Numbered from the stretch's first letter, positions 1 to 10,454 are shown. The stretch is DNA of 64,000 nt from an uncultured virus (IMG/VR IMGVR_UViG_3300021400_005597) (IMGVR_UViG_3300021400_005597); one strand, 5' to 3'. Program-made: numbers and translations. Notes: a model not told the origin generated them from the letters alone.

Positions 1-471
1 CATTCCAAGGCAATATGTTTCATTCTTTTCTCTGTCCGCTTTTGCGGAATTAAATGCTGATGTTTTAATTTTACAAATAGTTACTGTTGGGCTTTCAGGT
101 GAATAAATGAAGAAATCAGGTCTTACATCGATCTGTTCACCGAAATAATCAATAGTTGTATCTATGCCCGTTGGGAAATATCTATTATTGTTTCTTAACT
201 GTTCGAAATCACAATATTTTTTTATTGCGGCTTCTGCCTGCATTAAATAGGTAAGCCTTTGCTCATAGTTTTCCCAGACAATATTTCGTTCTTTACAAAT
301 AGAATCAAGTTCAGTCTGAATATCATCTATTGGCTCGCCTTCAAGTATTCTTTTAATAATGGATTTTTCAGCATATGCTCTGATAAGATTATCATTGGCA
401 GATGTCAATGATGTGTGTTTGTTGTGTTCACATTTATCTGTAGTCATATCTAACTGTGATGATGTACGCAT
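1..471 (-). CDS. Partial ORF running off the window edge; possible PD-(D/E)xK-like protein
   Basis: ATG at 471 with AGGAGA SD and promoter motif at 501; frame open to position 1; 'RPDFF...ICKIKT' loosely resembles PD-(D/E)xK. Confidence 0.5.
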   Translation of the reverse strand, partial: MRTSSQLDMTTDKCEHNKHTSLTSANDNLIRAYAEKSIIKRILEGEPIDDIQTELDSICKERNIVWENYEQRLTYLMQAEAAIKKYCDFEQLRNNNRYFPTGIDTTIDYFGEQIDVRPDFFIYSPESPTVTICKIKTSAFNSAKADREKNETYCLGM

Positions 472-530
472 AATATATCTCCTTTTATTTTACTATCTGT
501 ATATGTAAAAAAATATTTGAAAACTATAAT

Positions 531-555
531 AAAAAAGACAACCGAAGTTGTCTTT
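531..555. terminator. Intrinsic terminator hairpin
   Basis: AAAGACAAC-CGAA-GTTGTCTTT with A-tract, at the end of minus-strand ORF 554..1063. Confidence 0.7.
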
Positions 556-1063
556 ATGTACCAAGTTGTGTGGCAAGGCAGATATATTTTGGTTTTTTCT
601 TTCTGCCTTTTTGATTTTTACTTGTTTCTATAGAAGATTTATTGATTTCTTCTAAAATATATAGAGATTGGTTAAATGGATAATATGTATTAACCTTTAT
701 ACTTATAAATATTTCAGGAGAATTATAACCGACTAATTTATTACCCTTTGATTTGGTTAATTTGAAACGATCTGACTTAGGGTTTATATAACAAAACGGG
801 ATATTAAAAGTATCATTTAAGAAAAATGTCGGAATATCCATCATTTCTGTAACTGTGATATACTCTAAATCATTACTTAAATAACCATATAAAAGGCAGT
901 CGTAACCTTTGATAGGTTTAGGGTTTGATATCTTAATAGTCTTAATTTCGTCATTGACTATGACGGTTAATGTATCTTCTGAAATTAGTCTGCCAATGGC
1001 GACTATGCTATAATTAGCGTTTTCAGCGTCTGTAACTGTCTTTTTGATTATCCAATCGGTCAT
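554..1063 (-). CDS. Hypothetical protein
   Basis: 169-aa ORF with SD, upstream motif at 1130 and downstream terminator. Confidence 0.7.
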   Translation of the reverse strand: MTDWIIKKTVTDAENANYSIVAIGRLISEDTLTVIVNDEIKTIKISNPKPIKGYDCLLYGYLSNDLEYITVTEMMDIPTFFLNDTFNIPFCYINPKSDRFKLTKSKGNKLVGYNSPEIFISIKVNTYYPFNQSLYILEEINKSSIETSKNQKGRKKKPKYICLATQLGT

Positions 1064-1153
1064 TTTAGTTCCTTTATTAAATGTGGATTTAACTTTTACT
1101 TTTTGTGTTTAGCGACTAACAACACTAATATATGTAAAATAAAAATTGAAATT

Positions 1154-1417
1154 TTAAGTAAATCCAAAATAATTAGACTCACTTGAGATGAACTTTACAA
1201 AATGGCAGCAAGGGATATCGTATTCGGTATGTTCTCTGCAAGATGTTACCTTAAAGTATGTACTGCCAATAGGTGTCTGATATCTGCCATTTACTCTTAC
1301 CAAGTGATTTTTCTTAATAATGCGGCTATCATGCCAGACATCTACCAAATAGTAAGCACCCATCATTATTTCATCACTTTTAAGTCCTATTGTGTTCTTT
1401 TTCCGTTTAGTCATCAT
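1154..1417 (-). CDS. Hypothetical protein
   Basis: 87-aa ORF in a minus-strand operon. Confidence 0.6.
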   Translation of the reverse strand: MMTKRKKNTIGLKSDEIMMGAYYLVDVWHDSRIIKKNHLVRVNGRYQTPIGSTYFKVTSCREHTEYDIPCCHFVKFISSESNYFGFT

Positions 1418-1562
1418 CGCTCCTGTAATAATATGAGAATGGACATGTAGAACATCTGTCTATCATATCTCCGTTATCGTCTTCATAATAATCATCGCCA
1501 TAACCTCTGCATTCATCGCAGTCAAAACTATTATATAATGGGTTTTCATCTGAGTATTCCAT
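1407..1562 (-). CDS. Small Cys-rich acidic protein (MEYSDENPLYNSFDCDECRG...)
   Basis: 51-aa ORF read manually; fills the operon gap; two CxxC pairs. Confidence 0.55.
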   Translation of the reverse strand: MEYSDENPLYNSFDCDECRGYGDDYYEDDNGDMIDRCSTCPFSYYYRSDDD

Positions 1563-1569
1563 TTATGGT

Positions 1570-1932
1570 TTATTCTCCTTCATATACATTTAGGGGTGGT
1601 TGCCAAGCTACTATGCCGCTTTCTTCAGTATATCCGTATTCACTTGAATATGAATACCAGCCACTTTGACCTTTACGATTAAAGAAATTATGATTATCTA
1701 TTTTATATAGGTCTTTTGCAAATCCTATGACTTTGATTGCTCTTTTATTGTTATATTCGATTGTTACGGTTAAATACTTATTATCTTCTTTAGGTAGCGA
1801 TTTCTTTACAGATATCCATTCAGGTGGTAATATGCCCGGTGTGGCATCGAGTATATTAAGCATCTGGGCTTCGGTTCTTGGGCTTTTTATAATGCGTCTG
1901 GCTACTTCTCTTGGTATATAATCCTGATACAT
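1570..1932 (-). CDS. DUF551-like phage/MGE protein
   Basis: EWISVKKSLP ... VAWQPP signature. Confidence 0.6.
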   Translation of the reverse strand: MYQDYIPREVARRIIKSPRTEAQMLNILDATPGILPPEWISVKKSLPKEDNKYLTVTIEYNNKRAIKVIGFAKDLYKIDNHNFFNRKGQSGWYSYSSEYGYTEESGIVAWQPPLNVYEGE

Positions 1933-1962
1933 CTTATTTTCCTTTCATGGACAGGTGTGGTT

Positions 1963-2220
1963 TTATAATTCTTTATCTTCTTCTTCATTATTAAATAATT
2001 TATTCTTACTGCTAAAATTTTTTACCCTTTCATCGAAAGAACAATTGGTATGCACAGCATAAGTACAAGCTTTTACATAACCTTCATAAGTGCAATCAGG
2101 GTGTTCTATACAATATAAAACGGCTTTTTTAGCCATCCAGAGGTCTGCTCCATACATTTTGCGTATAAATTTTACATTATTTGAGAAATCTTCTTTAGTC
2201 ATTATCTTTTTCCTTATCAA
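1963..2220 (-). CDS. Hypothetical protein
   Basis: ORF track; acidic C-terminus EEEDKEL. Confidence 0.6.
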   Translation of the reverse strand: MIRKKIMTKEDFSNNVKFIRKMYGADLWMAKKAVLYCIEHPDCTYEGYVKACTYAVHTNCSFDERVKNFSSKNKLFNNEEEDKEL

Positions 2221-2506
2221 ATGGGCAGTTTTCGGTGCAATATTCGCAGTCTTTTAAGCAGGTAACGAATTCATAGCCATATAAGAATTCATCTGCTCTC
2301 TCACCCCACTCTTTGTCTGGGTATTTATCACTTATAGTCTCTTTATTCTGGCTTTTATATGCGACACAGCCATCGCCACTTTGAAGATTATGATAATGCA
2401 GAGTGCCTTCATCATCTACATAAAGGCTGTCGTGTGGATCATCTCCTACTTTGTGGATATCGCCTGTATATTTATCTCTTACATAAATGTCTGTTAAAAA
2501 ACTCAT
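2195..2506 (-). CDS. Hypothetical protein
   Basis: GGAGG SD; promoter motif at 2528. Confidence 0.7.
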   Translation of the reverse strand: MSFLTDIYVRDKYTGDIHKVGDDPHDSLYVDDEGTLHYHNLQSGDGCVAYKSQNKETISDKYPDKEWGERADEFLYGYEFVTCLKDCEYCTENCPFDKEKDND

Positions 2507-2547
2507 ATAATATCCTCCGTTTTTTATATATGTAAAATAAAAAAAAT

Positions 2548-2574
2548 AAAAAGCAGATATAAATCTGCTTTTTT
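2548..2574. terminator. Bidirectional intrinsic terminator
   Basis: AAAAGCAGAT-ATAA-ATCTGCTTTT. Confidence 0.7.
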
Positions 2575-2599
2575 ATTATAATTTTGGAATATCTATTAA

Positions 2600-3265
2600 T
2601 TATCCTAAATCAGAATAACCATCTTCGAAATCCTGCCTTATCTTTTGAAGTTTTTCATCTTCGATTTCTTCAAAATGTTCTAATAACTGTTCTCCTTCTG
2701 CTACATTCATTAAATAGCAGTTTCCCAAATTCACATTATCGAAAGAGTCTTCGTGGTCTGTTAAATATTCGATTATCTCTTTAATAGTAAGGTTTTTCTC
2801 TACAATGAAGTCTTTTGTGCATAACATTCCACCACCTGACTCACCATTTTCATCATAGCTTTCCACATACCAATAATCTACATAACCCTCTTCCTTGTCT
2901 TCTGGTAAAAGGTTGTCTCCCGTACCTTCAGAAACTTTGATTAGTTTATCTTTGGCTTCATTAGTAAAATAAAGAGTATCTGTATGGAAAGTAGTGCAAT
3001 AATCATTCCATCTCATATTAAGGTCTTTGTTGCCGGAGATGATTTCGCCACCATCCTGATACTGCTTCCAATAATGGTACTTATCATCGGCATCTTTAAA
3101 TTCCATAAAGAAGCCCCAATCTTTGTCGGGATTGGTTTCATCTTTTTCACCATAATAATCCTGTATAATGATATGCTTTATTTCATATTCGTTGCCGTGT
3201 ACTTTGACAATATCGCCAACCTCAGCGGTTTTTACTGTGCCAAAGATAAATTTTTGTTCTGTCAT
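2600..3265 (-). CDS. Hypothetical acidic protein
   Basis: 221-aa ORF with SD. Confidence 0.75.
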   Translation of the reverse strand: MTEQKFIFGTVKTAEVGDIVKVHGNEYEIKHIIIQDYYGEKDETNPDKDWGFFMEFKDADDKYHYWKQYQDGGEIISGNKDLNMRWNDYCTTFHTDTLYFTNEAKDKLIKVSEGTGDNLLPEDKEEGYVDYWYVESYDENGESGGGMLCTKDFIVEKNLTIKEIIEYLTDHEDSFDNVNLGNCYLMNVAEGEQLLEHFEEIEDEKLQKIRQDFEDGYSDLG

Positions 3266-3276
3266 ATGTTTCTCCT

Positions 3277-3855
3277 TTAATAAATTTCATTGAAATCATC
3301 AAAGATATCTGATTCTTTATCTGATTCCTTTTGTTCTTCTACGGGCCATCCATAATTATCTAGTATAATTTCGTCGTCTTTTTTAGGTTCGTGTTCGACT
3401 AACATCATTTCTCCATCATTACCATAACCAATAGTTGGAGCATATATAATAGGGAATTCATTTAATACAATATCTACAGTATCATAAGACTCACCTTCGT
3501 AATGAACAGTTTTACTATAACCTACATTAACAGCCTGTCCAAAATCATAGTCATTATTATGCAAGTAATTTACAAGTTTTGAAGTTACCTTTTTATCTTG
3601 TACTAATGCACCGGTTATGAGGTCCTTAAAGGAAACGGGCTTCTTATAATGATTATAAATATTAAATTCATCAAATGTAAAGTGTCTCTTATTAAGTTCA
3701 AAATTATACATATGGTACTTATCTGCCGGTTTTCCTTTAACATAGACATAGCCTGAACCCAGCTTACCATTGGAAGGCTTTTCGTCTATAACTATTACGC
3801 CGGCTCTAACAAAATTCTTTAAAAGATGTGTGTCAAGTGTTTTGGGTGTGTACAT
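3277..3855 (-). CDS. Hypothetical protein
   Basis: 192-aa ORF with SD. Confidence 0.75.
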   Translation of the reverse strand: MYTPKTLDTHLLKNFVRAGVIVIDEKPSNGKLGSGYVYVKGKPADKYHMYNFELNKRHFTFDEFNIYNHYKKPVSFKDLITGALVQDKKVTSKLVNYLHNNDYDFGQAVNVGYSKTVHYEGESYDTVDIVLNEFPIIYAPTIGYGNDGEMMLVEHEPKKDDEIILDNYGWPVEEQKESDKESDIFDDFNEIY

Positions 3856-3869
3856 TTTTTATTCTCCTT

Positions 3870-4607
3870 TTATTCATCATAACCATCTTCATAATCGTCT
3901 TCATAATCATCTTCATTGCTATATTCGTCTTCGTTTTCACAAAGAATTGCACGCTTTAATCTGTTGTTTTCAGTAAATTGTGGTCTAAATTCAGTATATT
4001 CACCTTCAGGGCATTCATTTGTGAGATACACTTTATCAGAGTTTTCAATCCAGTCTCCAACATAATCCTGTCCATATGCTGAATGATAATCACCACCACC
4101 AAGACCGTTGCCGCAAGCAATTAAAAGGCTTAATGGGAATACTGCTACTGTTCCCCATTGACTTGGTAAATGTTTGGTGTCAATATATTCTTTGGTTTCA
4201 TCATTAACAATATATCTTGGGATTGTGTAGCTAGAAAGGTCTGGTAAATCACTTGGTTTTATTTCTTTATATGAATCATTATATAAGCAATAGATTACTT
4301 CGCCTGTTTCTACATCTGCTAATGTATGGTCCGGGTATAATTTAGAAAGATTTGTTAGTGATTTATACCATTTGTCATTAGACGGCTGTAACTGATTACT
4401 GATTTCAGCGTAATCACCCGTTAAAACGATATGATCGCCTTTCCAGGTATGTTCTAATAAATAACAAAGAGCTGTGATATACTTATTACTTGTGTTATTT
4501 TTAACATCTATGTAACTTGATTCCATAAGTTTTGCACCACATTCAAAACTCCAAGGTATTAAACATTCATTCTTATCAAGATTGACATATTTATAATACT
4601 GTCCCAT
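3870..4607 (-). CDS. Conserved phage/MGE-type hypothetical protein (MGQYY...GAKLME)
   Basis: 245-aa ORF with SD; motif at 4636; DDYE-repeat tail. Confidence 0.75.
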   Translation of the reverse strand: MGQYYKYVNLDKNECLIPWSFECGAKLMESSYIDVKNNTSNKYITALCYLLEHTWKGDHIVLTGDYAEISNQLQPSNDKWYKSLTNLSKLYPDHTLADVETGEVIYCLYNDSYKEIKPSDLPDLSSYTIPRYIVNDETKEYIDTKHLPSQWGTVAVFPLSLLIACGNGLGGGDYHSAYGQDYVGDWIENSDKVYLTNECPEGEYTEFRPQFTENNRLKRAILCENEDEYSNEDDYEDDYEDGYDE

Positions 4608-4686
4608 AATTATCTCCTTTATATTTGATATGTATATATGTAAAAAGGGCTATAAAAAATGCCCTTCATAAGAAAGGCATTATTAT

Positions 4687-5445
4687 TTATGCAGCTGCGA
4701 TATAGTCTGCTATTATCTGAATTGTGCCACTATCTATATTTAAACCATTACTATTAAACAGATTTGTAAGTTCGTCATAAGAATAGTGGTTCTTATTAGA
4801 TAAATAAAAAGATATGAACTTTATAAGCAAAACATCGTCATTTGGAATATATTTTCTATGCTCGGGTTTTGCTGCAGTAATTGGGATTAAAATATTATGG
4901 ATTTCATCTTCATTGAATTTGCCAGCCTTTAAGTCGTCTTCTATTAAGGTATTAACAAATTCATCTGAGCCATCATTATATTCTTCTTCTGCAAGTTTGG
5001 TAAATTCATCTTTATAATTATATAAAAGGTCTGTATAAAGTTTCTTTAAGTCTTCATTTGTAGGCTTTTTTGCACAAGTATTGATAGCATTTAGTGTCTC
5101 ATAGTCTTTCTTAATAAGCTGTGTATATTTTGCTATTAAATCATTAGCATTTACGATATTGGGCATGAAATCAAAGTGCTTGGATTGTAAATAATCTTCA
5201 ATACGAAGAGATGCATTTGATGACTTATTAAATTGTATATAATATTTTTCAGGAATTTTGCACCCGATTTGTATAGAATTATACTGTATTAAAAAATTAT
5301 TATAATATTCTGCAATAATTGGGTTATCTGTATTTGCCATATATATATCTTTGATTTTACCCATTATTTCTTTTAATTCAGATGAGATACCGGCTAAAAC
5401 CTGAAATGAGATTTTAACGGTAACTTTACTTTTTGTTAAAAACAT
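4687..5445 (-). CDS. Hypothetical protein
   Basis: 252-aa ORF with GGAGG SD; motif at 5468. Confidence 0.7.
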   Translation of the reverse strand: MFLTKSKVTVKISFQVLAGISSELKEIMGKIKDIYMANTDNPIIAEYYNNFLIQYNSIQIGCKIPEKYYIQFNKSSNASLRIEDYLQSKHFDFMPNIVNANDLIAKYTQLIKKDYETLNAINTCAKKPTNEDLKKLYTDLLYNYKDEFTKLAEEEYNDGSDEFVNTLIEDDLKAGKFNEDEIHNILIPITAAKPEHRKYIPNDDVLLIKFISFYLSNKNHYSYDELTNLFNSNGLNIDSGTIQIIADYIAAA

Positions 5446-5519
5446 ATATCTATCCTCCTAAAAGGATATATGTAAAAAATAAAAAATAAATGCCGTTTTT
5501 GGACGGCATTTAATAAAAA

Positions 5520-6566
5520 TTATTGTTGTTTGGGCCTATACTTTTTTGGAAAATGCATAAGACGGAAGCGGGATAATTTAAGTTTTAATTTTTCTTTGAG
5601 TGTGAGCTTATCTTCTACAGGTGGGCAAGTCCAGCCAACTTTAATATCTTCTGTGTCTTGGGTATTTTCTTTTAAAAGAGTATCAAAATTATTATAAAAT
5701 TCCTCAACCAGATGATATTTTTGTGATGTTAAATAGTCTATACAGGCATAATCATAATATTCGATAGGTTTATCAAATAAATGGTTATATTCGCTATATA
5801 ATAATCTGTAATTAGATAGCTTATCTTTGATTATTTCATCATCATTATCTGTACATTTTCCATAAAATGAATGGAATATACTACCTGCTATTGCACCTAT
5901 AGTATCTGAATCTACGGGGCGGCTATTGATAAAATGCATCATGTCAGCAAAATCATCATATTCATAGAACACTCTTATAGCAAACGGCACAGCGTCCTGA
6001 CAAGAAATATAGAATTTATATTTATCATATTCAGATAACGGTTTTTTGGGTGAATTTTGGTATTTTAATAACGGATATTGTGATATGGCATAATCCAAAA
6101 TTTCATCTTTAGTTGCTTTAGTTTTTGCCATATAAATACAAACTGCTGTTGTAATTGCACCTTTAATACCTTCAGGGTGATTATGTGTCGGAATTGCAGA
6201 AAGATAGGCTAACATTTCAGCGTCTTCCTTGGATTTTGCTATTTCGCCACAAAATGATACTCTCATAGCGGATCCATTTCCAAATGAGTTATATGCTGGA
6301 CTGTCTGATTTTCCCATCCACGCTGCAAATCTTCCACCGTAACCCATTGATGGATATTCATTTGCCAACATTCTATAATACCTGCCAAAATCATAGTCTC
6401 TTGCCATAATTGCTTTAGCTGTGGCTATGGAAAGGACTGTATCATCGGTAGGTGTTGCCTTTTTAGTATGTATTCCATAATAAAGGTCATCATCCGGGGT
6501 GTCTTCCTGATAAAACTCATATATACTACCGGCTATATCGCCTAATATTGCTCCTTTAAGTCCCAT
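5520..6566 (-). CDS. ADP-ribosylglycohydrolase (DraG/ARH family)
   Basis: GAILGDIAGS, TDDT, SFGNGSAMR, THNHPEG and DSDTIGAIAG motifs. Confidence 0.9.
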   Translation of the reverse strand: MGLKGAILGDIAGSIYEFYQEDTPDDDLYYGIHTKKATPTDDTVLSIATAKAIMARDYDFGRYYRMLANEYPSMGYGGRFAAWMGKSDSPAYNSFGNGSAMRVSFCGEIAKSKEDAEMLAYLSAIPTHNHPEGIKGAITTAVCIYMAKTKATKDEILDYAISQYPLLKYQNSPKKPLSEYDKYKFYISCQDAVPFAIRVFYEYDDFADMMHFINSRPVDSDTIGAIAGSIFHSFYGKCTDNDDEIIKDKLSNYRLLYSEYNHLFDKPIEYYDYACIDYLTSQKYHLVEEFYNNFDTLLKENTQDTEDIKVGWTCPPVEDKLTLKEKLKLKLSRFRLMHFPKKYRPKQQ

Positions 6567-6703
6567 TTATTTACTCCTTTATACTATTTTCATATATATT
6601 CGTCTAATAAGACCATCGTATTTTTCTTTAGTAAGCATATGCTTATATCTATTCTTTTCAAATGATTTATAACTTGCTAGGTTATGTTGCTAATCTTATT
6701 TTC

Positions 6704-6850
6704 ATTATTTATTTTCTGTGATTTTGGCTTAAAAACATCAGGATTACTCTTATAAAGACTTAAAATAGCAGGCAATGTTTTACCTGTGCCGCATTGCATA
6801 GATATATAATCTTTATTAGTTTGGGTTTTTAGATCGAGTTTATTTGTCAT
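6704..6850 (-). pseudogene. Truncated SF2-helicase-like fragment
   Basis: 48-aa ORF MTNKLDL...SMQCGTGKTL with a Walker A, SD and promoter motif (6880), then an early stop. Confidence 0.45.
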
Positions 6851-6921
6851 AATTATCTCCTTTTTATTTATTTACAGGTATATGTAAAATAAAAAAATAA
6901 AAAAGAGCCTTAAAAATACTT

Positions 6922-7077
6922 TTAAGCCTCGTCCTTTAACCTTAGCGGAAAAATCAAGTGATATAGTAGTTTATCTCTACATGCATAAAATCTTACCAAA
7001 TACCAATGTTTTCCTAAATCTTTATAGATAAAACCAAGGTCATTTAACTGTTTAACAGTTACTGTCCTTTTAAACAT
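6922..7077 (-). CDS. Small hypothetical protein (MFKRTVTVKQLNDLG...)
   Basis: 51-aa ORF read manually, with AGGAG SD. Confidence 0.5.
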   Translation of the reverse strand: MFKRTVTVKQLNDLGFIYKDLGKHWYLVRFYACRDKLLYHLIFPLRLKDEA

Positions 7078-7091
7078 TGCCTTTCTCCTTT

Positions 7092-7328
7092 CTATTTAGT
7101 TTGGCGTGTATTCATCATATCTCTAACAGTCTCTGCAACTTCTTTACCATATTTTAATTCTAATTTAAATAAGTCAGATTCAGTTAACTGATGTCTTACT
7201 ACTTTTAAGTAAGCAGTTCTTGCCATATTTTTATAATAAAGTACGCAAGATATAGAACTTACCAATGTAAAAAAGAACAAAGATGATAATATGGCCACAA
7301 AAATTACATATATTGTATTGATAGACAT
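7092..7328 (-). CDS. Small membrane protein
   Basis: N-terminal hydrophobic helix; SD; motif at 7361. Confidence 0.65.
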   Translation of the reverse strand: MSINTIYVIFVAILSSLFFFTLVSSISCVLYYKNMARTAYLKVVRHQLTESDLFKLELKYGKEVAETVRDMMNTRQTK

Positions 7329-7442
7329 TTAGAGTTCCTCCTAAATTTACGCTATCTAATATATGTAAAAAATAATTCTTTTAAAAAGTGGCGATATTTG
7401 GGCAATAAAAAAAGAGCCTTGGGTAGGCTCTAATAAGTGCTT

Positions 7443-7823
7443 TTAATAATCAATAACATAATCGTTTAATTCAAGTTGGTTGATTTTTTGAAGTGTTAGA
7501 TTTTCGATATCGGTCATCATTTCTTTTAGATCGTAAGATTTAGGTATGATTGTTGCGTCCATTTTATTTGTGCATTCGGTAATCCAAGGAAATTCAGCGA
7601 CTAAATCTATTAATAAATCACTAATATCTGCTTGAGTTATTGCGTCTAAAGAAACATATCCAGAATACTGTCTATGGTAAAAACCATGTTCGGTCATAAA
7701 TACTTTAATTTCATTATAAGCACCTTTAGGATATATAGGGGAATAATATTCTTTTAGTTTCTCTATGCTTAAATCAAAATTTATAGCATATTTTCTTTTG
7801 TACTCTTTTTTATCTTTATTCAT
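7443..7823 (-). CDS. vapD: VapD-family (Cas2-like fold) nuclease/toxin
   Basis: YAINFDL...AYNEIKVFMTEHGFYHRQYSGYVS...FPWI signature; start placed at MNKDK. Confidence 0.8.
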   Translation of the reverse strand: MNKDKKEYKRKYAINFDLSIEKLKEYYSPIYPKGAYNEIKVFMTEHGFYHRQYSGYVSLDAITQADISDLLIDLVAEFPWITECTNKMDATIIPKSYDLKEMMTDIENLTLQKINQLELNDYVIDY

Positions 7824-8112
7824 TGATATATACCGTTTTCCCATATCGGCAATGCATAAAAACATCTAAAATACCACCAGATGCTTCTTCATACCAATAC
7901 CATTTATCTATACAGTCAGTAAACCATTCATTTTTCTTAAGAACTGCATAGAAAGCTCCAATTTTTTCAAATTTCCCTTCGTACCAACCTTTATTATTGA
8001 GTTTAAGGGATAATTTATCTGCTAAATCAGATATTAATATTTGAGCTTCCTCTAAAGTTATATTAAAATCAGACAAGGAATTTTTATTTAATTCTATATA
8101 CATTTTATCCAT
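7816..8112 (-). CDS. Putative VapD partner/antitoxin
   Basis: Overlaps the vapD start; similar size; WFTDCI resembles VapD WITEC. Confidence 0.55.
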   Translation of the reverse strand: MDKMYIELNKNSLSDFNITLEEAQILISDLADKLSLKLNNKGWYEGKFEKIGAFYAVLKKNEWFTDCIDKWYWYEEASGGILDVFMHCRYGKTVYINE

Positions 8113-8155
8113 AATTTATCCTTTAAAAGTTTTAGTTCTTATCTATTTAATGATT

Positions 8156-8815
8156 TTAGATTTTAATTTTGAATTGTTCGATGCCATAACAACCTTTAAT
8201 GATTGTATCGCCGTACTCTTCTATATATCTTTTATGTAGATGACCGTGTAATACAAGTTTAGGGCTGTTTTGCTTAATATATTTGCCTATACCGGTTAAT
8301 CCTGAGTGTGGCATAGGATTCTCCGGTGCTTTATCAAAATTAGGCTTATCGTGGGTTAAAAGTAAGTCTACGGGCATTATTTTTTTTAATAAGGCTTCAC
8401 TTTCTTCATTGGTGTACATTACATAATCGCCTTTTTTATATCTGATAGAACCTTCAAAACCAGCTACCCATTTTCCATCTGCAAGAGTTGGAAACATATG
8501 AACATTTCTTAAAGGGCCATAATTAGCCTGATATGTGCGAGGTTCATCATGATTGCCTAATACGCCATAAAATAAAGTTTTCCGAATATCTTCTATATCA
8601 AAATGGTGGATTAAGATTTGGGCTTCTGAGTAAGTAATGTCTCCTAGTAAAAGAACCATATCAATTTTAGATAAATCGATGTTATCTAGGTCTTCATCTG
8701 TTAATGATCCGTGAGTATCAGCAATGGTTAATACATTGAATACTTTAGTACCACGGGGATTGATACAATCAGGATAGTCTGTTATAATTGGCTTTTTCTT
8801 GAAGAAATTAAACAT
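8156..8815 (-). CDS. Calcineurin-like metallophosphoesterase
   Basis: DTHG, LGD, GNHD, THD and HGHLH motifs. Confidence 0.9.
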   Translation of the reverse strand: MFNFFKKKPIITDYPDCINPRGTKVFNVLTIADTHGSLTDEDLDNIDLSKIDMVLLLGDITYSEAQILIHHFDIEDIRKTLFYGVLGNHDEPRTYQANYGPLRNVHMFPTLADGKWVAGFEGSIRYKKGDYVMYTNEESEALLKKIMPVDLLLTHDKPNFDKAPENPMPHSGLTGIGKYIKQNSPKLVLHGHLHKRYIEEYGDTIIKGCYGIEQFKIKI

Positions 8816-8883
8816 AATTTGAGTCCTTTCTTATATATTTACTGTTAATATATGTAAAAAAATAAAAAAAGACTGTTATGGGC

Positions 8884-9087
8884 TTATAATTCTTTATCTT
8901 CTCCCTTATTATCGAATAATTCATTCATATAATCACGAGCTTTTTCAAAAGAACCAAAATTGCCATATCTCTTTTCATCATTTGGCAGATATAATACCCA
9001 ATATTCTTGTGTTTGAATACCATCATAGGTTTTTTCTTTTGTTATACGGCAGCCATTTCTGAATTTATAAACCTTATTAAACTGCAT
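8884..9087 (-). CDS. Small hypothetical protein
   Basis: 67 aa with SD; ends GEDKEL. Confidence 0.6.
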   Translation of the reverse strand: MQFNKVYKFRNGCRITKEKTYDGIQTQEYWVLYLPNDEKRYGNFGSFEKARDYMNELFDNKGEDKEL

Positions 9088-9099
9088 GTTTACTCCTTT

Positions 9100-9591
9100 T
9101 TAAGAAAATTCATGATTAAACCAGTTAGCAAATTCTGCTATAGACATTAGTTTAAGATCTTTGCCTTTGGCTTTATAATCAAGCCAATTATCTTTAATAT
9201 GGTCTTCTAACCATTTTCTTGCACCGGGTTTATATCCACCACCATCAACAACGAATATAATTTCGCTTTCAGGGTACTGATATATACCATTTAAGAGCAT
9301 ATATGGGTATTTTTCGTCAACACTACCTTGTGCAGACTGATATTTAGCCTCAACTCTGATTCTTCTTGTAGCATCAACTATTACGAATTCAGTACGGCCA
9401 CCTTCTCCGTAAATGGTAATATATTCAGCATTTTTGATTATATAGCGTTTAAGATTAGCCACATGTTCTTTGATTTTAGGTTTTGAAAGTTCAGATTCTG
9501 TAAATACTTCAAAGCCGGCATCTTTGAAAATTGGTATCATCATATTCTCAAAAACACGACCGTTTTTATTTGCTTGTGCCCCTTGTGATAT
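9100..9591 (-). CDS. PD-(D/E)xK endonuclease, probable restriction partner of the MTase
   Basis: G..FE, TEF...VEAKYQ..GSVDEK motifs; directly downstream of the MTase; the exact start (9597 or 9609) is uncertain. Confidence 0.7.
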   Translation of the reverse strand: MSQGAQANKNGRVFENMMIPIFKDAGFEVFTESELSKPKIKEHVANLKRYIIKNAEYITIYGEGGRTEFVIVDATRRIRVEAKYQSAQGSVDEKYPYMLLNGIYQYPESEIIFVVDGGGYKPGARKWLEDHIKDNWLDYKAKGKDLKLMSIAEFANWFNHEFS

Positions 9592-9608
9592 AGCCATACA
9601 AACCTCCA

Positions 9609-10454
9609 CTAATAATTTGTTATAATAACTTCTTTTCCAACACGGTTATTGCCATTGCAGTTAATCATACGCTTTACATCAACAGATTTAATATTATAGT
9701 CTTTGTAAAGATTTTTGACATAATCGCAATCATTATTGGTAAGAAGACAATAAACACCTTTATTGGATAAATCTTCATATAATTTAAATAAACGGATATG
9801 GTCTGCTTCAGAGAAACCACCAGCCTGATAGGTGTCAAAAGTATTGTAATATGGAGAATCGAAAAATACGAAATCGCCTTTATCGGCATCTTTGCAGGCT
9901 TTTTCGAAATCGCCACACATAATCTTGGTTTTCTTTAAGGCTTTTGACATTGACAAGATGTTTTCTTTATCATAAGCATTTACTGTTTTTCTGTGAGCTG
10001 GAGGTACATTATATATACCTGATGAATTGACTCTATAAAGACCATTAAATCCTGCTTTATTTAGGAAAATTAGTAATGCTGCAGAAAGTGGAGATTTAAT
10101 ATCAGCACCATTTGCAAGATAACTATTAAATTGTTCTCTAAATTCATAATATAATGCATCTTTTTTTTCTATTGTGGGTTTGCTATTATATTGATTTTGC
10201 AAATCAAATAATGCATCACATAAGCTATCTGGACTTGATTTAATTTGTTTATACATTCCTATTAACTGTTTATTAAAATCATTGATCGTAGCAGATGCAG
10301 GAGTAAGTTCACAAAACAATGCTCCACCACCAAAGAATGGTTCATAATATCTATTAAAATTTTCAGGCATTAACTCTGTAATTTGGGGAATTAGCTGCCT
10401 TTTACCACCTGCCCACTTAATTACAGGTATGGGTTTATTCTGAATATTTGGCAT
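9609..10454 (-). CDS. dam: DNA N6-adenine methyltransferase (Dam/D12 class)
   Basis: KWAGGK, YYEPFFGGGA, GFNGLYRVN, FDSPY (DPPY variant), EVIITNY. Confidence 0.9.
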   Translation of the reverse strand: MPNIQNKPIPVIKWAGGKRQLIPQITELMPENFNRYYEPFFGGGALFCELTPASATINDFNKQLIGMYKQIKSSPDSLCDALFDLQNQYNSKPTIEKKDALYYEFREQFNSYLANGADIKSPLSAALLIFLNKAGFNGLYRVNSSGIYNVPPAHRKTVNAYDKENILSMSKALKKTKIMCGDFEKACKDADKGDFVFFDSPYYNTFDTYQAGGFSEADHIRLFKLYEDLSNKGVYCLLTNNDCDYVKNLYKDYNIKSVDVKRMINCNGNNRVGKEVIITNY

